From Eledone cirrhosa (taxonomy: Eukaryota): DNA of 64,000 nucleotides. The stretch lies in contig OZ024747.1 of the NCBI GenBank assembly GCA_964016885.1, positions 75,144,001 through 75,208,000 of the forward strand. The letters run 5' to 3'. The notes below the pieces were generated by a model. The model was not told where the DNA came from, did no database searches, and was given only the letters and a program-made list of their open reading frames with translations. Position 1 is the stretch's first letter. Every line of letters begins with the position of its first letter. This document shows positions 43,701-56,667 of the stretch, piece after piece. The translations under genes and the position numbers were made by a program.

Positions 43701-46100
43701 CTCCAAACAGTCACTTAACATACAACTGTACTTCAATTATATATGCTTCAGTCTCCAAACAGTCACCTAACATACAGCTGTACTTCAACTATATATCCTT
43801 CAGTCTCCAAACAGTCACCTAACATACAACTGTACTTCAATTATATATCCTTCAGTCTCCAAACAGTCACCTAATATACAGCTGTACTTCAACTATATAT
43901 CCTTCAGTCTCCAAACATTCACCTAACATACAGCTGTACTTCAACTATATATCATTCAGTCTCCAAACAGTCACCTAACATACAACTGTACTTCAACTAT
44001 ATATCCTTCAGTCTCCAAACAGTCACCTAACATACAGCCGTACTTCAACTATATATGCTTTAGTCTCCAAACAGTCACCTAACATACAGCTGTACTTCAA
44101 TTATATATCCTTCAGTCTCCAAACAGTCACCTAACATACAGCTGTACTTCAACTATATATCCTTCAGTCTCCAAACAGTCACCTAACATACAGCTGTACT
44201 TCAATTATATATCCTTCAGTCTCCAAACATACAGCTGTACTTCAACTATATATCCTTCAGTCTCCAAACATTCACCTAACATACAGCTGTACTTCAATTA
44301 TATATCCTTCAGTCACCAAACATTCACCTAACATACAGCTGTACTTCAATTATATATCTTTCAGTTTCCAAACAGTCACCTAACATACAGCTGTACTTCA
44401 ATTATATATTCTTCAGTCTCCAAACAGTCACCTAACATACAGCTGTACTTCAACTATATATCCTTCAGTCTCCAAACAGTCACCTAATATACAGCTGTAT
44501 TTCAACTATATATCCTTCAGTCTCCAAACAGTCACCTAACATACAGCTGTACTTCAATTATAGATCCTTCAGTCTCCAAACAGTCACCTAACATACAGCT
44601 GTACTTCAACTATATATCCTTCAGTCTCCAGTCACCTAACATACAGCTGTACTTCAATTATATATCCTTCAGTCTCCAAACAGTCACCTAACATACAGCT
44701 GTACTTCAACTATATATCCTTCAGTCTCCAAACAGTCACCTAACATACAGCTGTACTTCAATTATATATCCTTCAGTCTCCAAACAGTCACTTAACATAC
44801 AACTGTACTTCAATTATATATGCTTCAGTCTCCAAACAGTCACCTAACATACAGCTGTACTTCAATTATATATCCTTCAGTCTCCAAACAGTCATCTAAC
44901 ATACAGCTGTACTTCAACTATATATCCTTCAGTCTCCAAACAGTAACCTAACATACAGCTGTACTTCAACTATATATCATTCAGTCTCCAGTCACCTAAC
45001 ATACAACTGTACTTCAATTATATATCCTTCAGTCTCCAAACTGTTACCTAACATACAACTGTACTTCAACTATATATCCTTCAGTCTCCAAACAGTCACC
45101 TAACATACAGCCGTACTTCAACTATATATGCTTTAGTCTCCAAACAGTCACCTAACATACAGCTGTACTTCAATTATATATCCTTTAGTCTCCAAACAGT
45201 CACCTAACATACAGCTGTACTTCAACTATATATCCTTCAGTCTCCAAATAGTCACCTAACATACAGCCGTACTTCAACTATATATGCTTTAGTCTCCAAA
45301 CAGTCACCTAACATACAGCTGTACTTCAATTATATATCCTTTAGTCTCCAAACAGTCACCTAACATACAGCTGTACTTCAACTATATATCCTTCAGTCTC
45401 CAAATAGTCACCTAACATACAGCTGTACTTCAACTATATATCCTTCAGTCTCCAAACAGTCACCTAACATACAGCTGTACTTCAACTATATATCCTTCAG
45501 TCTCCAAACAGTCACCTAACATACAGCTGTACTTCAATTATATATCCTTCAGTCTCCAAACATTCACCTAACATACAGCTGTACTTCAATTATATATCCT
45601 TCAGTCTCCAAACAGTCACCTAACATACAGCTGTACTTCAATTATATATCCTTCAGCCTCCAAACATTCACCTAACATACAGCTGTACTTCAATTATATA
45701 TCCTTCAGTCTCCAAACAGTCACCTAACATACAGCTGTACTTCAATTATATATCCTTCAGTCTCCAAACAGTCACCTAACATACAGCTGTACTTCAACTA
45801 TATATCCTTCAGTCTCCAAACAGTCACCTAACATACAGCTGTACTTCAACTATATATCCTTCAGTCTCCAAACAGTCACCTAACATACAACTGTACTTCA
45901 ATTATATATCTTTCAGTCTCCAAACAGTCACCTAACATACAGCTGTACTTCAATTATATATCCTTCAGTCTCCAAACAGTCACCTAACATACAGCTGTAC
46001 TTCAACTATATATCCTTCAGTCTCCAAACAGTCACCTAACATACAGCTGTACTTCAATTATATATCCTTCAGTCTCCAAACAGTCACATAACATACTGCT
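40705..46100. repeat. 52-bp satellite array, ~100-105 copies
   Basis: Consensus CTTCAA(T/C)TATATATCCTTCAGTCTCCAAACAGTCACCTAACATACAGCTGTA (40801 to 40853), with shorter deletion variants interspersed. Confidence 0.99.
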
Positions 46101-46883
46101 GCACACTTGGAACTATCAGCTTTGCTCCACCATCTACTTCATTGGAAGGATGTACTATGGTAGATACCACTTTTCAAATCCCTTTAAATTTAGATACAAT
46201 CCTTTCCAACTATATACACTATTTCATCAAAATATTAAGTTCAGTATTGAAACAGTTACACTACACACAACAGTATTATTTATGCAAATCAATATATTTG
46301 ATTTAATGAAGCAAAACAAAAAGGGTTGAGAGGACTCTTCAGTTGTGTCAAAGTCATAACAACCTCTCTAGTGTTGATGAACACACTGTTCAGTGGTGGG
46401 TTATAGGAAGGGCATCCAGCTATAGAAAACTTGCTAAAAAAAGGGGTCAGGCTACCAAAAGGGTGTTATGGATTATTTCTAGTAATTTGATGATCCATTG
46501 GCCCCTTTTAAACACTTTTGGATGACAAAAGCTAATATTAAACTTGTTGATAAAATTCTCCCTTCTTTTCTTTAGTATATGTAGAATCTTGAATGATTGA
46601 TTGAATCAATCGACAAGATTCCAGACTTCATTCGCTTACCAAGTGGAGTGGAACTCATCGAATTGAACCAAGGAAACAATGTTTCCATTGGTCTTTCTGC
46701 TGATGATACTATCTACCAGTTGCAACTCCTATATATATATATACACATTTAGGCTTGTTGGTTCACCACTGGATAGAACTGGTCATTCCGTATAGTCAAC
46801 CTTGATGTAATATTAGGGAGAGCACTCAATGTAATACAACTCACCCGTCTTCATTTGTGTTGTTGGTGGTGCGAGTACGGAGT

Positions 46884-47000
46884 TAATTATTATAAAATAA
46901 CAGGAGGCTGGACTGGTGTAATTCCTTAATTATAAAATAACAGGAGACTGGACTTACTGGAATTACACCAGTCCAGCCTCCTGTTATTTTATAATAATTA
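46884..47000. repeat. 42-bp perfect inverted repeat enclosing a partial third direct copy
   Basis: 46884-46925 is the reverse complement of 46959-47000; the spacer repeats ATTATAAAATAACAGGAG.CTGGACT. Confidence 0.9.
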
Positions 47001-47359
47001 TATATGTATATATATATATATATGGAATCTAATCCAGCCCAAACCTCACACATTACTTGCTTACAATACAAACCATACATCCTGTTCCTCTGCAGGTCAC
47101 ATATTTCTCACCCCTTATTTATAGCCCAATTACAGTCCCACTTTGAAAAGTGGTGTCTGTATATATATATATATAAATTCTACTTTTTCCACCACTTAAC
47201 TCTCTTCCGTGAATATCATCAACAAACCCTTTCTCTGTGTTTAAGCTATTTACTCTGTTTAAGCAGTGGTTGGACTTGCAGACCCATGTCAAATGTGGGG
47301 GCTTTGTAGGATTTATTAGTGGTTGAAGTATTAGTATTTTTGAGTGCATTTCTCTGTTT

Positions 47360-47800
47360 CCATCATCATCATCATCATCATTGCCATCATGTCACTTTTC
47401 CATGTGTACATCGGTTAGATGACTCCTTTTCAGTACTGCCCCCTTCTCTTGTAGCATTCCTACACCATCTTCACTGTGAAGCTCAATATTTTGAGATCAG
47501 CTCTAACCACCTCTACCCAGGTTCTCCTCAGTACTCCTCAACTGCAGCTTCTTTCCACTCGCATCACCTGACACTTTTTTTATTCAGCATTCAACATCCA
47601 TAAACATAACAGTGTTCTTCTCTCTTAACACTACATCTGGTTCCTCTTATAATCAGCTCTTCCCTCAGTTCATCTACACTCTGTTGTTCATGCACATTAC
47701 CATTAGACATCCAATGTAACATGCTTGCTACAGTCCTCCCCTACCTCTGTATATCCTCTACATTTACTGTCCATGTCTCATAGCCATGCAACATTGCATT
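47360..47800 (-). pseudogene. Old, decayed RTE 3' fragment with (GAT)n tail
   Basis: (CAT)7 tail; minus-strand remnant AMLHGYETW; other segments align with the RTE C-terminus. Confidence 0.7.
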
Positions 47801-47941
47801 TCTGTAACTTTAAGTAGATTAATCTTCTACTGTAGATGGCTTCTGCTGTAGCAATTGTGCTTGACTATGAGTAAGCTAACAAATTAATTATTAATTTCAC
47901 AATACTGCCATTGTTATTAATGGTGTGATTCATAGCCTGTG

Positions 47942-47974
<33 letters not shown>

Positions 47975-47993
47975 TGAGAGAGAGAGAAAACTA

Positions 47994-48197
47994 TCGACAA
48001 GATCCTTAGCAAGTGGGGTGGAGCTCATCAAATTAGACCAAGGAAACAATGTTTCCATTGGTCTTCCCGTTGCTGATACTATCTACTTGTTGAAACTCTT
48101 GGCAGAAGGAACAACGTGAAATAAAGTGTCCGGGAATCAAATTCACAACCTCGATTGTGACACCGATTCTCTAACCAGTAAGCCATGTGCCTTCACA
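47994..48197 (-). mobile_element. tRNA-derived SINE (minus strand); 3' part also at ~46610-46728
   Basis: Head CTAACCAGTAAGCCATGTGCCTTCAC (+ reading) is shared with 54395-54418; the body ACCAAGGAAACAATGTTTCCATTGGTCTT is duplicated at ~46667. Confidence 0.65.
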
Positions 48198-48214
48198 AGT
48201 TGTGTACCTACAGA

Positions 48215-48640
48215 TAGCTAGACTAAGTTTCTCTCGGGTGTCACCACAAGTGCTGAAGTATACTCATACAGGAATTTAATTGCATTCATGATCTGATGGG
48301 GTCTCTCATAAGCAAGAAGGATTTTGTGCACCTTCTTTTGGTTGGTCAAATCAAAAGTCTTCTTGAAATCTGTGAATACAATTGCTGCCTCTTTTTTATG
48401 ATTCCATATTTCCTCAATAATTCTGTTAGAACCAAGATGTGTGAGGCAGTAGAGTGAATTGGCCGGATTGTAGTGTTGATACTTGGTCTGATCCTATTCT
48501 GGGTCATCCTATTGCTTCTATAGTTGGTGCAGATAGTGAGGTCACCTTTCTTGAGTATTGGCACTATTCCTTATATTCCCCATTCCTCAGACCTGTGCCC
48601 TTCAAACGTTTTGATGTAGAAGTCTCTTAAAAACTTGCTA
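48215..48640 (-). pseudogene. Decayed LINE RT fragment
   Basis: IVPILKKGDLTICTNYRS and F.DFKK.FD remnants in shifted frames. Confidence 0.7.
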
Positions 48641-49477
48641 GCCTTGGATATATATCACACATATTGCCTACTTTCCCTATTATTTCAACATCATAATATT
48701 ATATTAAGGTTACTATTATTTTATAAATTTTAGTTTTGAGCATTGTTGTGAGGTTAAGAGGATGCAGGATCGCTGTATTATTAAGATGTTTGCTTATTGT
48801 GTTGCTTTGGGTTCAATTCTACAGTCTGGCATCTTTGGTAGTTGTTTTCTATTCTCCTATTATCATCTTGATTTGATCAAAGCACTGTGAATAGAAAACT
48901 GTGTAAACAGCCAATGAAAGAATTGTTCTTCCTCTTGAGTTGTAAACTTAACCCATCACCTTATTTGCTACCACTTGCTCCTTGGGTGGCTTTACTTCAC
49001 TCTGTTGTAAGTATTTGGTTCAGATCACTGGTCTGAAGATGTCTTCCACTCTGCCAGTCCTGGAGACACTGAAAATGATGATCTGACCTCACCCTTTTGA
49101 TACTAACCTGCCCCCAAACCTCCTCTGTTTCTATAAATCAAAGCCACCCATTTTAAAGAGTTCTTCCAACATAATTTTATATAAGGACATTTTGTTGTCT
49201 TAAATGCAATCATAATATTATAATTTTAGTAAGTCCTTCCCAAATCCTTCATTAATTAATTAAAATAAAAAGTATTTTATTAGAAATACAGCAACGAAAG
49301 GCTAAAAATATAGTAGGATAAAGGGGAAAAATTCATGTTTAAGAATACATTTCTTCAGTTACATAGTTGGCTCACAATATCAGCACTTCACATAATGCAC
49401 TGGGTGCATTTTATTGTGGCACACACACTAGGGATGCTGTCATGTCCCTGACATAGCTGGAGTCTTCTCAACCCTTA

Positions 49478-50723
49478 TCAGGTTGTTAAGAAATTAATGC
49501 TGGTTTATAATCATAAACTTTAAAACATATCTCAGTCCAGATTAAACTTTATTGATCGAAATAAAAACCATTAGAATCTACACAATATGGCCAACAATAT
49601 AAAACTTTGGTTATTCCAATAACAGAATTCTGAAGTCCAGGAAGTTGTGAATTCTTTGAAAGTATTTTTGGAGGTTATTTGATTGTTGAAGAGTTTTCCT
49701 TCAAAGAAGTTGTCAAAATGGTTGAAAATGTGGTAGTCAGTTGGTGAACGATCCAGTGATTATACTGAATGAAGCAGAGTTTTGTAACCTAATTCATTCC
49801 TGGAGCATTGGTTGTGTGATGTATCCTCCAGCATTATCTTTCAAGAGGATTGAACCTTTTCTATTGACCAATGCTGGACATATACTGTATTTTTTCAATA
49901 CATCTCACCGATTCCCCGAAAATACTTCTCTGCTGTGATGGTTTCCTCAGGATTCAGAAAGCTGTAGTGGTGTAATCTGGTTGTGGACTATCAAACAGTC
50001 ACCATAACTTTCTTTTGGTGCAACTTTGGTTTAAGGAAGTGTTTAGGGGCATCATATTTGTGTCAAACCACTCTGCTGAATGTTGTTGGTTGTTGTATAG
50101 GATCCACTTTATATTGCATGTCACAATGCATTCATTGAATAAGTTGTTTTTGTTGTTCAAAAGAATGAAGAACAGAGTTCTTAGCAATTCCTCAATTTTT
50201 TGTTTAGATAGTGTGGCACCTATTTTTGAAGTTTCTTTGACTTTTCGATTCGGTTCAGAAATTGTTCCAATCTAGCTCTCTTGCAGACTCTCGAACAGTT
50301 GTGCGAAGGCTTCCACCAAAGCCTTCATCATTGTCAATGGCAGAAGTATGTCCATGATCTTTATCTTCAAGAGTGAATTCACCGTGATAGAATTTTAAAA
50401 ACTAACATTGCATTATATATTCGTTAAGACATCCTTGGCTCCAAACTTCATTGTTGTTCCTTGCAATTTGTGCTGCACCACAGCCAAGTTTAAACTCATA
50501 GAAATAAATTTGATGAAAATCCAGTTTTGACATCTTAAATTCCAAGATCTGAAAATTAACAAAAATTCAATTAATATTTAAAATTGATTGGACAGAAAGA
50601 AAGACCATAAAGTAAACTTTAAAATGAAATATAATTTTACACACCTTGCAGGAATTTTCATTTTCAAAAATATGGTGAAGCAAATATAAACGTAAAACTT
50701 GCATTAATTTCTGAATAACCTAA
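49478..50723 (-). mobile_element. Decayed full-length mariner (Hsmar1/SETMAR-like transposase pseudogene)
   Basis: Degenerate TIRs TCAGGTTGTTAAGAAATTAATGC / GCATTAATTTCTGAATAACCTAA, ~1.25 kb apart. Remnants include MSKLDFHQIYFYEFKLG (ATG 50533), IVTCNIKWILYNN (cf. IVTCDEKWILYDN) and SLDRSPTDYHIFNHFDNF (cf. YSPDLSPTDYHFF). Confidence 0.9.
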
Positions 50724-51552
50724 CACACACACGCACGCACACGCAGACAGACACACACACACACTTGTCTCACAGATTTTTCATGCACACCATTTGTCAA
50801 ATCAAGTCAATGGCTGTGTTTGACATCCCTGGTCTTTGGTGGGTGTATCACATAGTTGTAAAACAAGAAAAACTTCTTAAAACCTCACATCTATATATCT
50901 AGAAGACTGTTATAAGAAGTTTCTGTAAGTGTGTGTATATGGTTGTGGTGTATATGTGTGTGTGTGTGAGAAAGAGAGTGACAGACCTCTAGAGGTCTAA
51001 ATAGTTGTCTTTTGTTTAACAGAATCTTTAATTTAAGGTGATTATTCTTATAACAGAAAATGGCCTGGGATTCAGGGTAGTAATTCAAGGTAGTAATTCT
51101 AAAAGTTATAACATCATTATTACCATCAAACAAAATTTGCTTTGGGTATAATTTTATCATGAAGCCTTCCTCCTTTGAGATATTGTAATAGAATTATTGT
51201 AAAAGAAAGCTGAAATAATTGAGTTTCATATAACAACTGATCAGTCTGGTGTCTTTTATTTCCACACTCATTCTTGTTCATTTGTCAACAGATGAGACGA
51301 ATTAGTGAATTATAGAAAAAATTATAGAAAATTATAGAAATATGAAATGGTAAAAGTTGAGGAGGAATTTTTTTCTTTTGCTTTGTTACTTATTTAATTT
51401 TTTATTTCCATTTTGATCAGTGTTTTTTTTTATGGTCTTCAGATGTACATATATTTTCCTGTGACAGTCTTCAAGGTGTGTGTATATATATATATATATA
51501 TACTAGATATATATATGAGAGAGACCAGATCTACCAACTCACATTATTATAA

Positions 51553-51740
51553 GGTGGATTGGCAGTATCGGTAGAGGGTTGGGCGCCATGCTTTGATGCA
51601 TAGAGTTACGGCCCTTGCCATTCTGAGTTCAAATCCCGCCGAGGTTAACTTTGCCCTTCATCCTTGAGGGGTTGATAAAATAAAGTACCAGTAATGCATT
51701 GGGTAATTGCTGGCCTTGTGCCAAAAGTAGAAACAATTAT
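51553..51740 (+). mobile_element. tRNA-derived SINE, near full length
   Basis: A-box-like TGGCAGTATCGGTAG, B-box GAGTTCAAATCCC; body matches 39342-39506. Confidence 0.78.
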
Positions 51741-51792
51741 AATATAAAATTAAATCAAATTATTTAGAACTACAAGTGAAGTTATTCTTTTC

Positions 51793-51836
<44 letters not shown>

Positions 51837-51923
51837 GAGGTTGTATTTAATTTGTTGGGATTCAACAAGCTTAAAAATGTTATAACTGATATAAAACACT
51901 CAACAAGTTAGTGGAGTAAATAC

Positions 51924-52258
51924 ACAATATATTAATAAATGGAAACTATTTATAAAACCATATTTATTTTATTATACATATTTCAAGGGCAACCAAGGTA
52001 AATTATGGTGCGCTTTCATCAGATAAAATACAGATTTGGTTTATAAATAAATATTGATATACCTGGAATAGTGACTATCCAGGAAGCTCCAACCGTTAAG
52101 GTTGTCTTTTTTTCTGGGTATGTCAATATTTATTTATAAACCAAATCTGTATTTTATCTGATGAAAGCGCACTATAATATACATTGGTTGCCCTTGAAAT
52201 ATGTATAATAAAATAAATATGGTTTTATAAATATAGTTTCCATTTATTAATATATTGT
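51924..52258. repeat. Inverted repeat, ~145-bp arms, ~43-bp spacer (Penelope-type termini)
   Basis: 51924-52068 is the reverse complement of 52112-52258 with few mismatches. Confidence 0.92.
52150..52215 (+). ncRNA. Minimal type-I hammerhead ribozyme motif (mirror copy on minus strand at 51965-52030)
   Basis: UAUUUUAU-CUGAUGA-AAGCGCAC...GUUGCCCUU-GAAA-U(AUGU)A-UA^AUAAAAUA: 8-bp stem I, canonical core, stem II with one mismatch, and a minimal stem III. Confidence 0.78.
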
Positions 52259-52265
52259 ATATATA

Positions 52266-52312
52266 TCATCATTACCGTTTTACGTCCGTTCTTCCACGCT
52301 AGCATGGGTTAG
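52266..52312 (-). mobile_element. Extreme 3' tip of RTE subfamily B between TA runs
   Basis: TCATCATTACCGTTTTACGTCCGTTCTTCCACGCTAGCATGGGTTAGA matches 32178-32223. Confidence 0.85.
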
Positions 52313-52345
<33 letters not shown>

Positions 52346-53384
52346 TTTTTTTCTGTATATTATTTTTTTTTCTGTATATATTAGTGGAAATAGTTTCATT
52401 CAGACCCATAAAACTTGTCTATTAATTTGATGGGGATGATGGTGGTGGTGGTGAGTGAGTATGATGATGGTGATAGTGGTGATTATGATGATAAACCTAA
52501 TTTGACAGTTTGAGGCATTTTTTATGATGTAGTGTTAACAATAAAATATATAAAAATATATATTTAAAAATGAGCCTCCAAGAAGGTATGTGGCTCTAAG
52601 TTATAGCTTATTTAGCTTATAGGTAAATCCAGCACTGATTGTAATCTATTATTGATCAGTAGCCTTGTATAACAAAATAAATAACCATTTAGTGTGTGTG
52701 TGTGGGTGGGGTGGGGGGGGGGGGGTTAAGAAGGGAAAATAACTAAGTAACATCACAGCTACAGGGTATTTCATTAAAAATATGGTAATGAAAGGGTTAA
52801 ATGTTTCCCATTTAGACTGATATCTTCAAACTGGGAACTTGGCCCAAATACTTTCAACAAATTGGTCTCTGATAAAGGCACTCTAATGCCAAGTGATAGT
52901 GTCATATTAAATCTATCACCCAAATAGGCTGCAGCAGGAGTTGAACTTGGAGCAAATACTACAAAACATGTCCGCCACTACTCTAACAATTAAACTAATT
53001 CACCACCTTTAACAGGTACTTTATTGACCTTGAGAGACTGAAAGGCAAAGTAGATCTCAGTTAGAGATTGGAATGTAAAGTACAGAGAGAGAAACATAAC
53101 AAATATGGCAAGGTCTTTTGTCCTATCTTGTAACAACTCTGTCAATTTGTCACTTTCGAATGTATATCTAACAGTAAATCACAGTATCTCAATAATTAGG
53201 ATTAGCAATGATTGATATATTGATATTTCACTTGTGTTTAGGGTATGACAATGTCCCAGGTGCTTATGTCTCAGGATTTACTACAATATTGATATTTCAG
53301 TTGTGTCTTGAAATGAGAATGTCCCAGTGATATATCAGTTGTGTCTAGAACATGGCAACGTCCCAGGTGCTTATACCTCAATAA

Positions 53385-53450
53385 AACCTCGTCTAACCCA
53401 TGCTAGCGTGGAAAGTGGACGTTAAACGAGGATGATGATGATGATGATGA
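53385..53450 (+). mobile_element. RTE 3' tip with (GAT)n tail
   Basis: CGTCTAACCCATGCTAGCGTGGAAAGTGGACGTTAAACGAG(GAT)6. Confidence 0.85.
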
Positions 53451-54081
53451 AAATAACACTCAGAACACTCTGTAAAATAGTTGGTATTAGAGAGAACATC
53501 TGGCTATAGGCTCTATGGTATTAGAGAGGGCATCTGGCTATAGGCTTTATGGTATTAGAGAGGGCATCTGGCTATAGGCTCCATACCAAACAAGGTATAT
53601 CAAGAACATAACAACAGTACTGGTGTAATGATAAAATGTACCCAGTGCACTCTGTAAAGTGGTTAGCATTAGGAAAGGCATCTATCTGTAGAAACCAGGC
53701 CAAAACTGGAACATATGTAAGCAAGAGGTGCCCCCTCCCTATCTGGTCTAGAAAAGTTAGTTAGTATATCAGATTAAGTTATGTTGTAGTCTGTAACTAT
53801 TCATCCAACCCATACTAACAGGGACAAACCAATTTAAGATGATTTGAAATATCAAAATTTGTGTTATGTACATCGTGTGTAAGTACATGTTTGTGGGTAT
53901 GTTGTGTAAGTACATGTTTGTGTATGTACATGTTTGTATGTGTGCATATATACATGTTTGTGTGTATGTCATGCATGTACATACATGTTTGTATGTATAT
54001 GTTGTGTGAGTGTATGTTCAACCAATAGGTCACACTATTTACACACATTCCCTTGACTCTCTGTCACCATCCAATTGTTTT

Positions 54082-54418
54082 CATCATCATCATCATTTTA
54101 CGTCCACCTTTCCCTGCTTGCAAGGGTGGGACGGGAACTGATTCTGGCTTGATTTCTACAGCTGGATGCCCTTCCTAACACCAACCTCATTTACAGTGAG
54201 TGCTGGGTGCTTTTTTGCCGTGGCACCTCCACGACCACTTTGCAGTGAAATGATAGGGAACCCAGTCCCTATTATCTCATTTCTACAGCTGAGTAAACTG
54301 GAGCAATGTGAAATAAAGTGTCTTGCTCAAGGACACAGCACATCACCCGGTCTGAAAATTGAACTCACAACCTTTCGATTGCAAGGCCAATGCTCTAACC
54401 ACTAAGCCATGTGCCTAC
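54082..54418 (-). mobile_element. Composite: tRNA-SINE head (54418-54285) joined to RTE-type 3' UTR and (GAT)n tail (54245-54082)
   Basis: The minus strand starts with GGCACATGGCTTAGTGGTTAGAGC...GTGAGTTCAATT...GTGTCCTTGAGCAAGACACTT and ends in sequence nearly identical to the subfamily-B 3' UTR. Confidence 0.7.
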
Positions 54419-54699
54419 ATATTTAGCAGGTGAGAGGTATTACAGCTTATATTATCACAAATCTGATATAGGTCTTGCTTTGTTGTCCTCTGTTAACTCT
54501 TCCTTCTGTAAGCTCAGCCCACAAAAGAACTTCACTAACAATTTCATCTTAACCCTAGCTGCCCTGAGAATCTAACTCCTTGCTCTTTGATGATGACTGA
54601 TACTGGACAAAGGTTCCCATACGGTCATGTGTTAGTTATACAATCTCTCCAAGTGATATTCAAAGCCACTCTTAGAATGCAAGGGTAGGCTCCATCTAA

Positions 54700-54941
54700 G
54701 TGTATATGTTATGTGTATCTGTACGTTTGTGTATGTACATGTTTGTAAGTATGTGGTGTGTGCATCTACAGGTCTGTGTATGTTATGTTTATATGTTATA
54801 TGTGTATATACATATGTTTGTAGGTTGTGTGTGTATATATATACATATGTTGGTATGTTATGTGTGTATATACATATGTTTGTATGTTTTGTGTGTATAT
54901 ACATATGTATGTTATGTATGTATATACATATGTTCGTATGT

Positions 54942-54972
<31 letters not shown>

Positions 54973-55290
54973 TTGTATGTTATATATGTATATATATACA
55001 TATGTTTGTATGTTATGTGTGTATATATATACATATGTTTGTATGTTATGTGTATATATACATATGTTTGTATGTTATGTGTATATATAGACATATGTTT
55101 GTATGTTATGTGTATATATAGACATATGTTTGTATGTTATGTGTATATATAGACATATGTTTGCATGTTATGTGTATATGTATATATACATATGTTTGTA
55201 TGTTATGTATGTATATACATATGTTTGTATGTTATGCGTATATAAATATATTTGTATGTTATTATGTATATATGTTTGTATGTATATTTC
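54700..55290. repeat. Microsatellite-derived degenerate ~31-bp minisatellite
   Basis: ACATATGTTTGTATGTTATGTGTATATATA(G/T) repeated. Confidence 0.85.
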
Positions 55291-56168
55291 TTTCTTAATT
55301 TGCATATTCCTTTTTTTACATTGCTGAATGATTTTCATCTTTCTTTTCGCCTTAAAAATGTGGCTTTAAGTGAAAAGTATTTTCATCATATTTCTAATGG
55401 TTTCCATTATAAATCCTAAACAACTTTCCCCTACATAGAGAATTATTATTTAACTAGATTGCAACAGTATTTAATACAATTCAACATCCATTTCTATTAT
55501 ATATGAATATTCTCTTTCCTTTGTTTTTCAGTTATCAAAAGCAGTTTTATGATAATCAAAATTCAACATGTTTTTTTTGAAAGGATTGTTTTGTATTTAT
55601 CACCAAAAGGAGGGAAATGTTTATCAGTCTGTGTGTAGTACTAATTTGTTATTGGTGTCTAGTCCTTGACCAGCCCAGATTGAGAAGTTTTATGATTGAA
55701 GCTGTTCCATCTTTTTTTCAGACATAGTGTATCCTGGACTACATTATCCAATATACCTTTCTTCTTTTTAAGACAGTATATTGTAATTTGAGGGAAATGT
55801 AGCTGCTATTTTTAGCAGATTGACCAATCATATAGTGACTCCCTCACTGGTTCGGTTCTGATATGTCTTAAAACAGTTGAAATGAGTTGATATATATTTT
55901 TCTTTAAGGATATATATTTCCTTGCAGCAATCAAAACATTAAGTAATGGTTATTCTTAAGATATTACTTTTAGTTAATTTTATATTTTACTTTCAACTAA
56001 TTGAGAAAATGGTCTGCATCAAGTTTGTGATGAAATCTTTCTTCTATTTTACCAAATATATATCTTTTCTGATTAAAATGTCATTCCTGTATTATTTTAA
56101 TTTGGAAGCATGAATACTGCTGCCACTGAATAATTCACATCCTATTTTCTTTGTCTTATTTTTTGCAG

Positions 56169-56345
56169 GAATGCCTGAAGGGTACCCTAGAATTACTGAT
56201 CATCCGTCTCTAAAAGCTGTCGAGAAAGATAGGAATACTGTCTTACAATGCCATGCTCAAGGGAATCCGGAGCCTTCAATAATTTGGTTAAGAGATTTCA
56301 TCCCAGTTGACCTCAGCAATCCTCGTTTAAATTTACTTGAAGCGG
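56169..56345 (+). CDS. Lar: Internal coding exon of a LAR-family (type IIa) receptor protein tyrosine phosphatase, N-terminal part of Ig domain 2
   Basis: Polypyrimidine tract + TTTTGCAG acceptor, G|GTATGT donor, 177 bp, phase 1-1. MPEGYPRITDHPSLKAVEKDRNTVLQCHAQGNPEPSIIWLRDFIPVDLSNPRLNLLEAG resembles the recalled PTPRF/D Ig2 sequence GFP.IDMGPQLKVVE..RTATMLCAA.GNPDPEI.WFKDFLPVD...RIKQLRSG. Confidence 0.87.
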
Positions 56346-56667
56346 GTATGTACTCTTCTTAATTACTCTGATCACTTTATGCATCATTCATCTAATTGGT
56401 GTCGTTGCTGTTATTTATCTGTTTCCAAGGTTTTTTTTTTTTTTAAAGAAGTTTAAAGAATGGAAAAACTTTAATGATCCTTTATTCCGGTATAAGGATT
56501 TATTCCATTGTATTAAAATAAAAAAAATAAAAATCCTGTAGGAAATAATGTATTTGCAAACATTTTTGAACCATTAACTTCAGATAAAACATGGATATAT
56601 ACTTAGATTCTCTCCTGAAAACCACTTCATGTGGTTTCACTTATATACTGGTTTCAGTACCTGGAGT

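Noticed and set aside
39342-54418. A/B-box sequences as tRNA genes
   Set aside because: No cloverleaf; they continue into shared SINE bodies.
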